Assembly (NCBI GenBank): GCA_041738235.1
Contig: JBGSQF010000013.1
Span: forward strand, 1 to 61,344
Length of the DNA: 61,344 bases
Source of the DNA: Minisyncoccia bacterium
Lineage (GTDB): Bacteria; Patescibacteriota; Minisyncoccia; Moranbacterales; GCA-2747515
Direction of reading: 5' to 3'
In this document: positions 9,324 to 19,220 of the stretch, piece by piece
How the letters are laid out: every line of letters starts with the position of its first letter
Numbering within the stretch: position 1 is the stretch's first letter
Notes under the pieces: generated by a model
The model's database searches: none
What the model was told of the DNA's origin: nothing
The model's input: only the letters and a program-made list of their open reading frames with translations
Program-made: the position numbers and the translations under genes

Positions 9324-10341
9324 TCTATTTCTTATTTCTTTTGCTGCTATGTCGGTCGTTTTTTGGTTTTCTGGAGGAATATTGGCAGAACATCTTGCTC
9401 AAGGAAAGGAGAAAGGTCAACCCGCTATACCCCAAATTGAAACAGTTCGGGGAGCGCAGGATTTTAAAAAAGAGGTGAACCGTGTTTATCTAGAAGATCT
9501 TTTTCCCGTAGAAAAAAGTATACCTGTGCGTCAAATGGCCTATGGGGACATCGCAATTCCAAATGCACATTCTTCGTTGATACTTGACGCTCAATCAGGG
9601 GCCATCTTATATCATGAAAATGGGACAGTGCATCGACAAATTGCATCGCTTACGAAAATGATGACCGCACTTTTAGTGATGGAAAATATCAAATCACTTG
9701 ATGAGGTGGTTACTATTACCGACGATGTATATGGGATCGAGGGAACGGTGGTGGGGTGTCCTCGAACAGGATATTGTACGAGTAATAAATTGGTTGCTGG
9801 AGAGCAGTTGACCGTGAGGGATCTGTTGCGAGCGATGCTGATGAATAGTACCAACGATGCGGCCTTGGCGCTCGGGATCCATATTTCAGGAAGTGAGGAG
9901 GCATTTGTCGCCAAGATGAACGCCCGTGCACAGGAATTAGGGCTTCGAGATACACATTTTTGTACGCCGTCGGGACTCGAACCGGATGGAATGGAAAATT
10001 CTTGTTATTCTACGGCGTATGATATTGCTCGCATTGCGGCACAGGCGCTCCCGTACGAAGATGTCTGGAAGATATTACAAAGTCCGCCTATGACGATATA
10101 TTCCGTTGATGGAAAGCGATCACATGAGATCCTTAACACTGATCAAATACTTGGATCATACCCAAATATTATGGGCGCTAAGACCGGATTTACACCAGCG
10201 GCGGGACGTTCTCTTTTGGCGGTGGCGCATGATGGGAAAGGAAATAATCCCGTCGTAGCGGTACTTTTGGATGATCCGTATCGATGGGATGATATCAAAC
10301 AAATGCTGTCTTGGGCGTATAGCGCTTATCGGTGGGAGTAA
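9262..10341 (+). CDS. D-alanyl-D-alanine carboxypeptidase (serine peptidase S11, low-MW PBP)
   Basis: Motifs SLTK (SxxK), NSTND (SxN), KTGFT (KTG). N-terminal TM anchor. The real start may be ATG 9349, because the ORF 5' end overlaps scpB. Confidence 0.85.
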   Translation: MPIFQETENSIQIKKSPFPRSLFLISFAAMSVVFWFSGGILAEHLAQGKEKGQPAIPQIETVRGAQDFKKEVNRVYLEDLFPVEKSIPVRQMAYGDIAIPNAHSSLILDAQSGAILYHENGTVHRQIASLTKMMTALLVMENIKSLDEVVTITDDVYGIEGTVVGCPRTGYCTSNKLVAGEQLTVRDLLRAMLMNSTNDAALALGIHISGSEEAFVAKMNARAQELGLRDTHFCTPSGLEPDGMENSCYSTAYDIARIAAQALPYEDVWKILQSPPMTIYSVDGKRSHEILNTDQILGSYPNIMGAKTGFTPAAGRSLLAVAHDGKGNNPVVAVLLDDPYRWDDIKQMLSWAYSAYRWE

Positions 10342-10367
10342 TATTTTTTGAGAATAGATACAAGTTC

Positions 10368-10404
10368 AAAGGCCCCGGGCGATGTTGCGCGATCGGGGCC
10401 TTTT
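10368..10404. terminator. bidirectional hairpin terminator between convergent genes
   Basis: aaaggccccg (10368-10377) pairs with cggggccttt (10394-10403), flanked by A and T runs. Confidence 0.6.
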
Positions 10405-10437
10405 GGTTGAGGTTGCGGGAGAGTGTCTTTGAAACTC

Positions 10438-11259
10438 CTATGTCAGGGGGCTGTCGGAGATCACCCAAAGGGCTTCATTCCTTTGTGGGCCCAACTTTGC
10501 CACCAGCCAGCCAGTGTTATCGAGCAAAAATACCTGGGGATCTGTCCGGAGGATACTTCTGTGAAAGTAGGCATCTTCGGATATCTGGTTCAGGAGATTT
10601 CGGTAGCTTTGCACGAGGATCTCGGCGAACTTTCGATCCCTTTTGGCATAAGTCCCTAGCCAGAGCATATCTCCATTCGAGAAGAACATCTCTACTCGTA
10701 GAGATCTCCAGTAGGAGTTTATTCTGATGACCGGTTTCCCTGCTGGCATAAAGGAAGCGAGCCACCTCTGTAGCTCTTCGAGGAAGGTTTCTGATAAACT
10801 CTCCGTAGCCAATAAGCTGTTACTGGGAACCCTCAGATCTCTGAGTTTTGCAATGAATCTTGCCTGGTCTCCGCGTCGAGCCGCTTCCACGAGGCGGATG
10901 ATCTTTTTCCATACTGGATTAGCGGGGTTTTCTTCTGTTGCCTCCTGGTGCAGGTGGAGCATTTTAAGAAATGCGGTAAAGATCGCCTTGTCGGTGGGAG
11001 CACCTGGTAGGGAGTAATCCCTTCCATCCCATACCATCCAGCAGGCTTGAACTGCTTCTGGGTAGCGGACGATCCCATCTCGGGCAATGATCCGGAGAAG
11101 GTTAAGGGATCGGTGAAATTGGTTGATACCCAACCATTCCCATTCTCGGTTGATCCAAAGGCGCAGCCAGATGACGACTGCGACCAAAGGGTTGCGTTTT
11201 ACTTCTATTGTCGGCACTGTTAATCTCCTTGCTGGCTGAGGGTAGTTTGACCAAAACAT
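10438..11259 (-). CDS. orphan Trp-rich hypothetical protein (273 aa), compositionally atypical
   Basis: Only the 3' 822 nt of track ORF 10438..11895 is retained (ATG at 11259). The rest is antisense to mraY. Visibly GC-richer than neighbours. No family recognised. Confidence 0.5.
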   Translation of the reverse strand: MFWSNYPQPARRLTVPTIEVKRNPLVAVVIWLRLWINREWEWLGINQFHRSLNLLRIIARDGIVRYPEAVQACWMVWDGRDYSLPGAPTDKAIFTAFLKMLHLHQEATEENPANPVWKKIIRLVEAARRGDQARFIAKLRDLRVPSNSLLATESLSETFLEELQRWLASFMPAGKPVIRINSYWRSLRVEMFFSNGDMLWLGTYAKRDRKFAEILVQSYRNLLNQISEDAYFHRSILRTDPQVFLLDNTGWLVAKLGPQRNEALWVISDSPLT

Positions 11260-11352
11260 TGTTCGAGTTTTATGTGTCGAACGATCTATGATAGCACGGT
11301 TCCCTCGTGCGTCAATCTCGACTTGAAGTAGTGGATATGCTAGAATAACTCT

Positions 11353-12462
11353 ATGGAAATTGCCAGTATACAAAATATTCCCGAGGTGGTGAATGTCCTC
11401 AAAGTACTTTCGACCGGAGTGATCGCTTTCTTTCTGGCATTTTTTTTGACGCCTATTTGGACCAATATCCTTTTTAAATATAAGATTGGTATTAAGATCA
11501 AGGACTGTTCGGTGCAAGGGGAAAAATTGACCTACGTGAGTTCGCTCCATAAATGTAAGAACGGCACACCGACGATGGGTGGAGTGATCGTATGGGTTTC
11601 GGTGGTCATACTTGCATTTCTTTCGGAGTGGCTTTTTCCGTTGATGGCAGTTTGGACAAACACAAACTTTATTGCTCGGTTGGATTTTCTTAATCGGGCA
11701 CAAACATGGCTTCCACTGTTTGCGTTGGGTATGGGTGGTCTTTTGGGACTTTTGGATGATTATATGAGTGTGCGTGGGATCGGGAAGAACAAAGGAGGGG
11801 GAATGCGATTTCTGATGCGTTTTTATTGGCTTGTTATCATTGCGGGCGTAGGAGCCTGGTGGTTTTATGATAAGCTTGGATGGGACAAGATCCACATTCC
11901 GGCCATGGGGGATTTCTCTATCGGATTGTGGTATATTCCCGTGTTTATATTTGTGATCCTTTTTACGGCGATCTCCTCTAACGAAACGGATGGGCTTGAT
12001 GGTTTGAATGGTGGAGTACTTCTTATGGCATTTGCGGCATTTTCCGTGATTGCTGCTACACAGAACAGAATGGACTTGGCAAGTTTTTGTGCAGCAGTGT
12101 CGGGAGCGCTCCTGGCCTTTTTGTGGTTTAATGTCTATCCAGCTCGATTTTTTATGGGAGATACGGGGGCGATGTCACTGGGAATCACATTGGGTGTAGT
12201 GGCCATGCTGACAAATTCCGTGGTTGTGCTTTTTATCATCGCTTTCCTCTATGTTCTCGAGTCGGGATCGGTGGCAATACAACTCACCTCCAAACGTTGG
12301 TTTCATCGGAAGGTGTTTCTTGCGGCGCCCCTGCACCATCACTTTGAGGCAAAAGGTTGGCCGGAACCAAAAGTAGTGATGCGCGCCTGGATATTTACGA
12401 TGTTTTCTACGATCATTGGAGTGATCATTGCGATCCTCGGAGGCGGAAAAGGATTATTATGA
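11353..12462 (+). CDS. mraY: phospho-N-acetylmuramoyl-pentapeptide transferase
   Basis: MraY signatures HKCKNGTPTMGG and NETDGLDGL. About 10 TM helices, 369 aa. Confidence 0.92.
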   Translation: MEIASIQNIPEVVNVLKVLSTGVIAFFLAFFLTPIWTNILFKYKIGIKIKDCSVQGEKLTYVSSLHKCKNGTPTMGGVIVWVSVVILAFLSEWLFPLMAVWTNTNFIARLDFLNRAQTWLPLFALGMGGLLGLLDDYMSVRGIGKNKGGGMRFLMRFYWLVIIAGVGAWWFYDKLGWDKIHIPAMGDFSIGLWYIPVFIFVILFTAISSNETDGLDGLNGGVLLMAFAAFSVIAATQNRMDLASFCAAVSGALLAFLWFNVYPARFFMGDTGAMSLGITLGVVAMLTNSVVVLFIIAFLYVLESGSVAIQLTSKRWFHRKVFLAAPLHHHFEAKGWPEPKVVMRAWIFTMFSTIIGVIIAILGGGKGLL

Positions 12463-12549
12463 AAAATTTGGAAAGTTGGAGTGACGTAGATAAGAGTTGA
12501 GCAGTTTGGTATTGAAGATTACGTACAACCTGCTAATGAGTAACTTGCT

Positions 12550-13737
12550 ATGAAGCTTTGGTTCATAAAATTTGGTAAGGCTTTGTCAGCGCTTAAAAGG
12601 GAAGGGCTCATTCGAGGAGGAAGACGCATTCTCACCTCTTTTTTTGCATTATTTCGAAAAGTAGGGAGCGGAGATATTCTATTTATTACCGGAGGACTGG
12701 GGGATAGTGCATTGTATCGATCGTGGCACGTGGCGGAGGAGCTGGAGTTGCAGGGTTTCAAGTGCGCTGTAACAGTTCAGGACAATCCTTTTTTACTTCG
12801 GTACGTTGAACGGTTTTCGGTGTTTATCTTTCATCGAGTCATGGTGACGCCATCGGTAAGAAAGATGATCGAAGATATTAAGGTTCAACACAAAACGATC
12901 ATATTTGAGACGGATGACCTGGTATACGATGCAGAGTATCTGAAACATATGGATATGATGCGGAATATGAACGCATTCGAGAAGATGCAATATCAGGGTG
13001 GCGTGGGGGCGGAGATCCTTGCCGATCCATATGTTTCTGTATGCACCACCACGACCACATATCTTGCTGATAAACTTCGCGATCGGGGTAAGAAGGTGTT
13101 TATTGTACCTAATCGACTTACCAAAGAAGATGTTCATATGGCATCTCAGATCACTCCTCATTACTCATTGCCACATTCAGATACGGTGGCCATTGGTTAC
13201 TTTTCTGGTACCAAGAGTCATGACAAGGATTTTGCGGTGGCTGCCCCGGCATTGCGAGATATTTTGGAGAAATATCCCCAAACACGACTTCTTCTTGCGG
13301 GGCCATTAGAGTCTGGAAGTATCTTAGCCTCATTTACTGATCGTATCGAGGCGATCCCATATGTACCAAGGGAGGAACATTTCAAAAATGTCGCTCGCGT
13401 TGATATTAATATTGCTCCACTGGAAATAGGGAACCCTTTTTGTGAATCAAAGTCGGAACTGAAGTTCTTTGAGGCGGGCATTGTGGGGGTTCCGACGGTA
13501 GCGAGTGCTACACAAACATTTCGTGACGCGATCGCTGACGGTGTAGATGGATGTTTGGCCAGTACGGGGGAGGAATGGTATGATAGAATCTCTCGTTTAG
13601 TGGAAAATGAAAACTTTCGGAAGAATATGGGAGAACTAGCGCAACGCACCACGCTGCTTCGGTATACTACAAAGAGTGCGAGGAATGAGGAATATTATCA
13701 ATTTTTAAGGAGACATATTAAGCATGTAAAAATATAA
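12550..13737 (+). CDS. GT-B glycosyltransferase (family 1/4-like)
   Basis: C-terminal GT-B signature ESKSELKFFEAGIVGVPTVAS...DGVDG. Confidence 0.8.
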   Translation: MKLWFIKFGKALSALKREGLIRGGRRILTSFFALFRKVGSGDILFITGGLGDSALYRSWHVAEELELQGFKCAVTVQDNPFLLRYVERFSVFIFHRVMVTPSVRKMIEDIKVQHKTIIFETDDLVYDAEYLKHMDMMRNMNAFEKMQYQGGVGAEILADPYVSVCTTTTTYLADKLRDRGKKVFIVPNRLTKEDVHMASQITPHYSLPHSDTVAIGYFSGTKSHDKDFAVAAPALRDILEKYPQTRLLLAGPLESGSILASFTDRIEAIPYVPREEHFKNVARVDINIAPLEIGNPFCESKSELKFFEAGIVGVPTVASATQTFRDAIADGVDGCLASTGEEWYDRISRLVENENFRKNMGELAQRTTLLRYTTKSARNEEYYQFLRRHIKHVKI

Positions 13738-13757
13738 GCATGTAAACATAGGGAAAT

Positions 13758-14109
13758 ATGAATGAGTTTCAGAAAACGCTTGAGAGGAAGATGGATGAGT
13801 TTGTGCATGCGTGCTATGCTATAACAAAAGTCTTTCCAAGGGAGGAGTTGTTTGGATCTTCTTCTCAGCTTCGTAGAGCATCATTATCAGTTATTCTTAA
13901 TTTTCTGGAAGGATTTGGTCGACAAAGAACTGCAGTAAAGAAAAATTTTTGGGAAATATCGTATGGGTCTCTGAAAGAATCAATGTATCTTTTAAGGTTT
14001 TGTAAGGACGAGATTTTGTTCTGAGCGTCAAGCAAGCAAGGCGATCGCCTTGGGGGAGGAAATAGGTGCTATGCTGTGGAAGATGATCCGATCTCTTGAT
14101 AAAAAATGA
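13758..14109 (+). pseudogene. four-helix-bundle protein (23S rRNA intervening-sequence protein family), frameshifted
   Basis: Family signature FPREELFGSSSQLRRASLSVILNFLEG. Frame 0 stops at 14022-14024. The family-typical C-terminus ERQASKAIALGEEIGAMLWKMIRSLDKK* continues in the +1 frame to 14109. Confidence 0.6.
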
Positions 14110-14159
14110 TCATTCTCATTTGCTGATATGTCCCCATGCTGAAATGTTTAAATGTTTAA

Positions 14160-14945
14160 ATGCTTATGGCCCGTCATCACGAAAACTATTTTGAGCTTAT
14201 TTGGATGCTTGCCAAGACCGATTTTAAGCTTCGTTATCAGGGGTCGGCTTTGGGGTATGTTTGGGCTCTGCTTAAACCGCTACTTATGTTCCTTATATTG
14301 AATTTTGTATTTTCGTCGCTTTTTAACGCTCGCGGGAGTGGGATAGAACACTACTCCCTTCAGCTTTTAGTGGCTATCATGATGTTTAACTTTTTTGGCG
14401 AGGGATCAAGCGCTGGAATGCAGTCGCTTCTCAATAAATCTCAGTTGGTTACAAAGATCTATGTACCGAGATGGACGATAATTTTTGCTGCAACACTCAA
14501 TAGTGCAATGATATTTTTGATGAATCTTGTGGTGATCGTATTGTTTTTTTCTTGGTATCAATATCTTCCCAGTTTGGCCTCGATCGCGATGTTCTTTGTT
14601 TCATCAATATCCATCTTTGTTCTTGTGGTGTCGTTTGCTTTTTTTACAGCGCCGCTTTTTGTTCGCTTTCGCGATCTCTCGCTGATTTGGGAGGTGATCA
14701 TTTCACTTTTATTCTATATGACTCCAATTTTTTATCCGCTTCAGATGCTTCCCGCAAATGTTCAACAACTTCTTCTTCTCAATCCTATGGCATTTATTAT
14801 CCACTTTACAAAAGAATCCCTTGTTTCTAATCATTTTGCTGAGCTCTGGCAGTACGGGATGTTCTTCTTGATTCTTGCTTCAGGATTTGCATTAAGTATC
14901 TGGTTATATAATAAACTTGCTCCTAGAATTGCTGAGGAAATGTAG
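14160..14945 (+). CDS. ABC-2 type polysaccharide/teichoic-acid exporter permease (Wzm/TagG-like)
   Basis: FKLRYQGSALGYVWALLKPLLMFLILNFVF signature. Six TM helices, 261 aa. Confidence 0.85.
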   Translation: MLMARHHENYFELIWMLAKTDFKLRYQGSALGYVWALLKPLLMFLILNFVFSSLFNARGSGIEHYSLQLLVAIMMFNFFGEGSSAGMQSLLNKSQLVTKIYVPRWTIIFAATLNSAMIFLMNLVVIVLFFSWYQYLPSLASIAMFFVSSISIFVLVVSFAFFTAPLFVRFRDLSLIWEVIISLLFYMTPIFYPLQMLPANVQQLLLLNPMAFIIHFTKESLVSNHFAELWQYGMFFLILASGFALSIWLYNKLAPRIAEEM

Positions 14946-14973
14946 GGGTTATGTAGATCAGTTGAGAAAAAGC

Positions 14974-15711
14974 ATGCTAGGTCAACTTCCAACGGTATCC
15001 ATTATCACGCCAACATACAATTCTGAAAAATATATTGAGAATTGTATTTTGAGCGTAGCGAGTCAGGATTATAAGAACAAAGAGCATATTATTATTGATG
15101 GAGCATCAAAAGATGCTACAGTTGAAATAGTAAAGATCTTTTCCGCTAAATATTCACACATTAGGTGGGTATCGGAAGACGATCTGGGTATTTACGATGC
15201 GATGAATAAGGGGATCAATAAAAGTACGGGGGAATGGCTATATTTTATGGGAAGTGATGATGTTTTTGTAAAAAATACCGTACTTTCATCAATCTTTAAA
15301 AAGAGATATACCTCTCATGTTGATATGCTTTATGGGGATGTGTTTATTGGAGAGGGGGATCATGTCTTTGGGGGTGAGTTTAATTTTGACCGAGTATCAA
15401 AACAAAATATTTCTCATCAGGCTATTTTTTATTCTAGGAGTTTATTTAATAGATTTGGTGGATATGATCTACGTTATTCATCTTGGTCTGATTGGGATTT
15501 TAATTTTCGTTGTTTTCTTGATCGAGATGTGCGAAAAGAATATCTACCTTTGGTCATTGCTCGGTTTGCTTTAGGTGGATATTCTTCAAAGCATAAGGAT
15601 CTTAAGCTTTATGCTGATAGATTGAAGATGTTTCGTGAATACCTTTCTGAAGAGTGTTGTGGTGTATATAAAGAAGCGTTAGAAACCGCTGGGATAAATC
15701 ATGACTTTTAG
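14974..15711 (+). CDS. family 2 glycosyltransferase (GT-A)
   Basis: VSIITPTYNSEKYIENCILSVASQDY...IIIDGASKD and a GSDD motif. ATG 14974 lies inside the ORF that opens at 14917. Confidence 0.85.
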   Translation: MLGQLPTVSIITPTYNSEKYIENCILSVASQDYKNKEHIIIDGASKDATVEIVKIFSAKYSHIRWVSEDDLGIYDAMNKGINKSTGEWLYFMGSDDVFVKNTVLSSIFKKRYTSHVDMLYGDVFIGEGDHVFGGEFNFDRVSKQNISHQAIFYSRSLFNRFGGYDLRYSSWSDWDFNFRCFLDRDVRKEYLPLVIARFALGGYSSKHKDLKLYADRLKMFREYLSEECCGVYKEALETAGINHDF

Positions 15712-15753
15712 TTTGTGATCGCCAAGATACTATAATTGACTATTGAGGAGTTA

Positions 15754-16812
15754 ATGATTGTTATAAAAATTGCGTTTGCTTTTGATCATAACTTTTATAG
15801 ACAGGCTGGTGTGGCTATCAGCAGTCTTCTTGATTTTGCTGACAGTGCAGTAACTTATGAGATCTACTGCTTATGCTCTTATGATGTGAAGGAGTCTGAC
15901 AAAAGAGAATTGGCAAATGTGGTGAAGGAAAGATCAAGAAGCATTAAGATACATTTTAAAATGATGGATTGTGTTTTTGATGAATCTTATGAGGTGAGAG
16001 GCATCACAAAGGCAACTTATTTTAGACTTCTTCTACATCGGTTGTTGCCGGATGTTGATAAGATTATATACTCGGATGTTGATGTATTGTTTAAGGGGAA
16101 TTTGTTAGAGGTTTGGGAGCAAGAATTAGGAGATAACTTGCTTGGGGTAGTCAAGGGACCAATAGTAAATAGGACAGAGAACTTCAAAGAGTATGTAGAG
16201 AGATTTGACTATTTTAAAAGATATTTATGGACAGCAAGAGGAACCTACTTTAATGCCGGTTTTCTTTTGATGAATCTGGAAGGGATAAGAAGGGAGAATC
16301 TTGAAGAGCGGTGGATTCAGATGACGAGGAAAAATTATAACTTTCAGGATCAGGATATTTTAAATATTACTTGTTCGGGGCGAGTCACTTTTCTTCCTCC
16401 GAAATTTAACGTTTTGATTCACGTTATTGAATCCACAAATTATTATAAGGATCTTGTTGATGAAAAGGTGTTTTGTGCACAGGAGGTAGAGGATATATAT
16501 AACCATCCTGTGGTTATACATTTTGCAATTCAAAAGCCATGGGATTTTAGGGGCTTGGAACGCTTCGATGAGTGGTGGGAGTATACAAGGAACAGAACTC
16601 CCTTCTTTGATTATTTTTTTATGAGAAGTGAATGTATTGAAATGCAGAAAGAGTTGTCTTTGCTTTTTAAATGTGCAAAAATGGACGTAAGTAGAAATCT
16701 ATTGATTTCAGCTTGCTTCACCCGCGCCTTAATAGTGTTAAAGAGGGGTTTTAAGATATTTAGGGGATTGTGTCGCCAATGCGTTAGGGGTGTAGTATCT
16801 TTTGGGAGGTAG
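15754..16812 (+). CDS. family 8 glycosyltransferase (RfaJ/LgtC-like)
   Basis: GT8 motifs IAFAFDHNF, YFRLLL..LLP, SDVDV (DxD), NAGFLLMNL, QDQDILN. Confidence 0.8.
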   Translation: MIVIKIAFAFDHNFYRQAGVAISSLLDFADSAVTYEIYCLCSYDVKESDKRELANVVKERSRSIKIHFKMMDCVFDESYEVRGITKATYFRLLLHRLLPDVDKIIYSDVDVLFKGNLLEVWEQELGDNLLGVVKGPIVNRTENFKEYVERFDYFKRYLWTARGTYFNAGFLLMNLEGIRRENLEERWIQMTRKNYNFQDQDILNITCSGRVTFLPPKFNVLIHVIESTNYYKDLVDEKVFCAQEVEDIYNHPVVIHFAIQKPWDFRGLERFDEWWEYTRNRTPFFDYFFMRSECIEMQKELSLLFKCAKMDVSRNLLISACFTRALIVLKRGFKIFRGLCRQCVRGVVSFGR

Positions 16813-16942
16813 CTTGATAGTACGGTTTTAGTATAGAAGTTCTGATGATTATTTCAAAATAATCATCGAGTTGGGTTATGTTTGTAAAAAGATTGAAAAA
16901 AGTGTTGAGACATTGGCGAAGTAATATGCAAGATATGAACAT

Positions 16943-17467
16943 ATGAAAAAAGGAGTTACGATTTGGCTTACGGGTCTGCCTTGTAGTGGTAAGACTACCA
17001 TAGCCCTTGAGATCGAGAGGTATTTTAAGAAGAATAATCTTCCCGTTCAGCGCTTGGACGGAGATGTTGTTCGTGGGACTCTTAGTAAAGACCTTGGTTT
17101 TTCCAAGGAAGACCGCGATAAGAATATTGAGCGCATTTCTTATGTTGCTCAGATGCTTGTGAATAATGGTGTGAATGTTGTAGTGGCATTTGTTTCACCG
17201 TATAGAAAGATGCGTGACTTTGCTCGAAGTGTTTGTCTAAATTTCTGCGAAGTCTATGTGAAATGCGATGTGGAAGAATGTATGAAACGAGATGTGAAAG
17301 GAATGTATAAAAAAGCTCTTAGTGGAGAGATCAAGGATTTTACTGGAGTGCAGGATCCTTACGAGGAACCGGAACACCCTGATGTTATTGTGGATACAAG
17401 GAAACACTCCCTGAAGGATTGTGTAAAACAGATAATTGTGGACTTGGAAGAGAGAAAAGACGAATAG
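16943..17467 (+). CDS. cysC: adenylylsulfate (APS) kinase
   Basis: P-loop GLPCSGKTT, LDGDVVR, and the 174-aa length typical of CysC. Confidence 0.9.
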   Translation: MKKGVTIWLTGLPCSGKTTIALEIERYFKKNNLPVQRLDGDVVRGTLSKDLGFSKEDRDKNIERISYVAQMLVNNGVNVVVAFVSPYRKMRDFARSVCLNFCEVYVKCDVEECMKRDVKGMYKKALSGEIKDFTGVQDPYEEPEHPDVIVDTRKHSLKDCVKQIIVDLEERKDE

Positions 17468-17492
17468 TTTTTGACGCCTTAGAGGATGAGAT

Positions 17493-18350
17493 ATGACGTA
17501 TTCTATTGTCAAAACATTTAAGAAATTTTTTAAGAAAAGACCGTTTCACATAGTGGCTCTTTTGTCTGTGCGTAATGAAGAACAATATATGGAGAGATGT
17601 CTCAGGCATCTTATTCAACAGGGGATCGATGTATATATTATTGATAATGACTCTGAGGATAACACACGAGAAATTGCTGAGAAATTTCTCGGCCATGGGG
17701 TGATGCATATTGAACGTTTTCCTTATAATGGATACTTTGACCATGTTGGGATTCTTCAGAGGAAGGAGGGGTTGTCGCGGGAAATTGATGCTGACTGGTT
17801 TATCCATCATGATGCTGATGAAATTCGTGAGGCCCCCTTGCCGTATAAGACTCTTTATGAAGCTATATATGATGTCGATAAACAAGGGTATAATGTTATC
17901 AACTTTGATGAATTTGTTTTTACTTCAACAGATCCCGAAGAATCTTTTGAGGGAAAGGATTATGTGTCTGAGATGGGATATTACTATTTTTTTGAACCAG
18001 GAATAATGAGGCGCATGAATGCTTGGAAGAAAAATCGGAGCGTTTCAATAGTGGAGAGTGGTGGGCACAGTATTGAATCTTCAAATTTGAGAGTGTTTCC
18101 GGTGAATTTTATATTGCGACATTATATTTATCTGAGTAAGGCTTACGCGGAGAAGAAATATACTGAGAGAAAGTTTTCTGAGAAAGAGATCGAGGAAAGA
18201 GGTTGGCATGGAAGAAGGGCTGTGATTAAACCTGGTGAAGTGATGGTTCCTTCAAAGGAGATTTTAAAGAGATGCAGGAACGATGGAATATGGGACAGGT
18301 CCGATCCATGGAAAAAGCACTACTTCTTGCATAATGGTGAGCGGTACTAA
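17493..18350 (+). CDS. GT-A glycosyltransferase (Glyco_tranf_2_4 / PF13704-like)
   Basis: LSVRNEEQYMERCLRHLIQQGIDVYIIDNDSEDNT ... DADWFIHHDADE. Confidence 0.6.
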   Translation: MTYSIVKTFKKFFKKRPFHIVALLSVRNEEQYMERCLRHLIQQGIDVYIIDNDSEDNTREIAEKFLGHGVMHIERFPYNGYFDHVGILQRKEGLSREIDADWFIHHDADEIREAPLPYKTLYEAIYDVDKQGYNVINFDEFVFTSTDPEESFEGKDYVSEMGYYYFFEPGIMRRMNAWKKNRSVSIVESGGHSIESSNLRVFPVNFILRHYIYLSKAYAEKKYTERKFSEKEIEERGWHGRRAVIKPGEVMVPSKEILKRCRNDGIWDRSDPWKKHYFLHNGERY

Positions 18351-18358
18351 ATAAATAT

Positions 18359-19168
18359 ATGTTTGGTGGTTTTACAGGCACATTATTGAATAGGCCAACT
18401 CCAATTATAATTGGGGGTTTTTATCGTTCAGGAACAAGTTTAGTGCGAAGGATCTTAGATTCCCATTCGGATATCCACTGTCCTTCTGAGATCAAGTTTT
18501 TTAAAGATTTCTATGGAGATTATCCTGCTGATCCTCTTGCTCATGTGAGGTTCTTCTCTACTGTGAAGAATGTGGGTCTTTCGGAAAGTGAGATACTGAA
18601 CGAAAGTCTCAAGTTTTTTGTAAAGCTCCATGAATTAGCAGCGAAGAAGAAGGGAAAAAGAAGGTGGGCTGATAAAAATCCAGATAATCTTCTTTATCTT
18701 GATCACTGGATGCAAGCTCTTAAAGAGATGCAGTTTGTTTTTGTTGTTAGAAATCCGCTTGATGTGATGGCCTCTTTGCTTGAAGTTAAATTTGAGAAAA
18801 CCATACCAGAAGCATTTGAAGAAAAGATCGAAATATACTCCCAGTTTCTTTTACGTGGGATCGATTTTTTTGAGAAAAATAAAGATTTAGCATTTGTTTT
18901 AAAATATGAAAATCTTGTGCAGAACACTGATGATGAATTACAAAAACTCTTTAGCTTTCTTGGTGAAAGGTTTGAGCCAAAAGTTAAGGCAGATTTTGCA
19001 AGTAGTGAAAGGGGTTCTGGTATAGAGGATCCGAAGGTAGGAAATAGAAAAAATATTCATACAGATAGTATAGACCGATGGAAAAGAGATCTCACATCAA
19101 AGCAAGTCGATCTAACCATCAAGAGGATCACTCCATTGATGAAGAGGGTGGGTTGCTCGTGGTCGTAA
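18359..19168 (+). CDS. PAPS-dependent sulfotransferase
   Basis: 5'-phosphosulfate-binding loop GGFYRSGTSLVRR and 3'-phosphate-binding-like VVRNPLDVMAS. Confidence 0.8.
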   Translation: MFGGFTGTLLNRPTPIIIGGFYRSGTSLVRRILDSHSDIHCPSEIKFFKDFYGDYPADPLAHVRFFSTVKNVGLSESEILNESLKFFVKLHELAAKKKGKRRWADKNPDNLLYLDHWMQALKEMQFVFVVRNPLDVMASLLEVKFEKTIPEAFEEKIEIYSQFLLRGIDFFEKNKDLAFVLKYENLVQNTDDELQKLFSFLGERFEPKVKADFASSERGSGIEDPKVGNRKNIHTDSIDRWKRDLTSKQVDLTIKRITPLMKRVGCSWS

Positions 19169-19220
19169 GGATGTTGACCTTTTTGTGCTGTTCGGTTGCA
19201 AGATCTTATTTTAGAAACAT

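Noticed and set aside
10438-11895. A 485-aa minus-strand track ORF spanning the dac-mraY intergenic region and the first 540 nt of mraY.
   Set aside because: The part above 11353 is antisense to a confidently identified mraY and translates to low-complexity K/H/P/R-rich sequence. Only the 3' portion from ATG 11259 looks like a gene.
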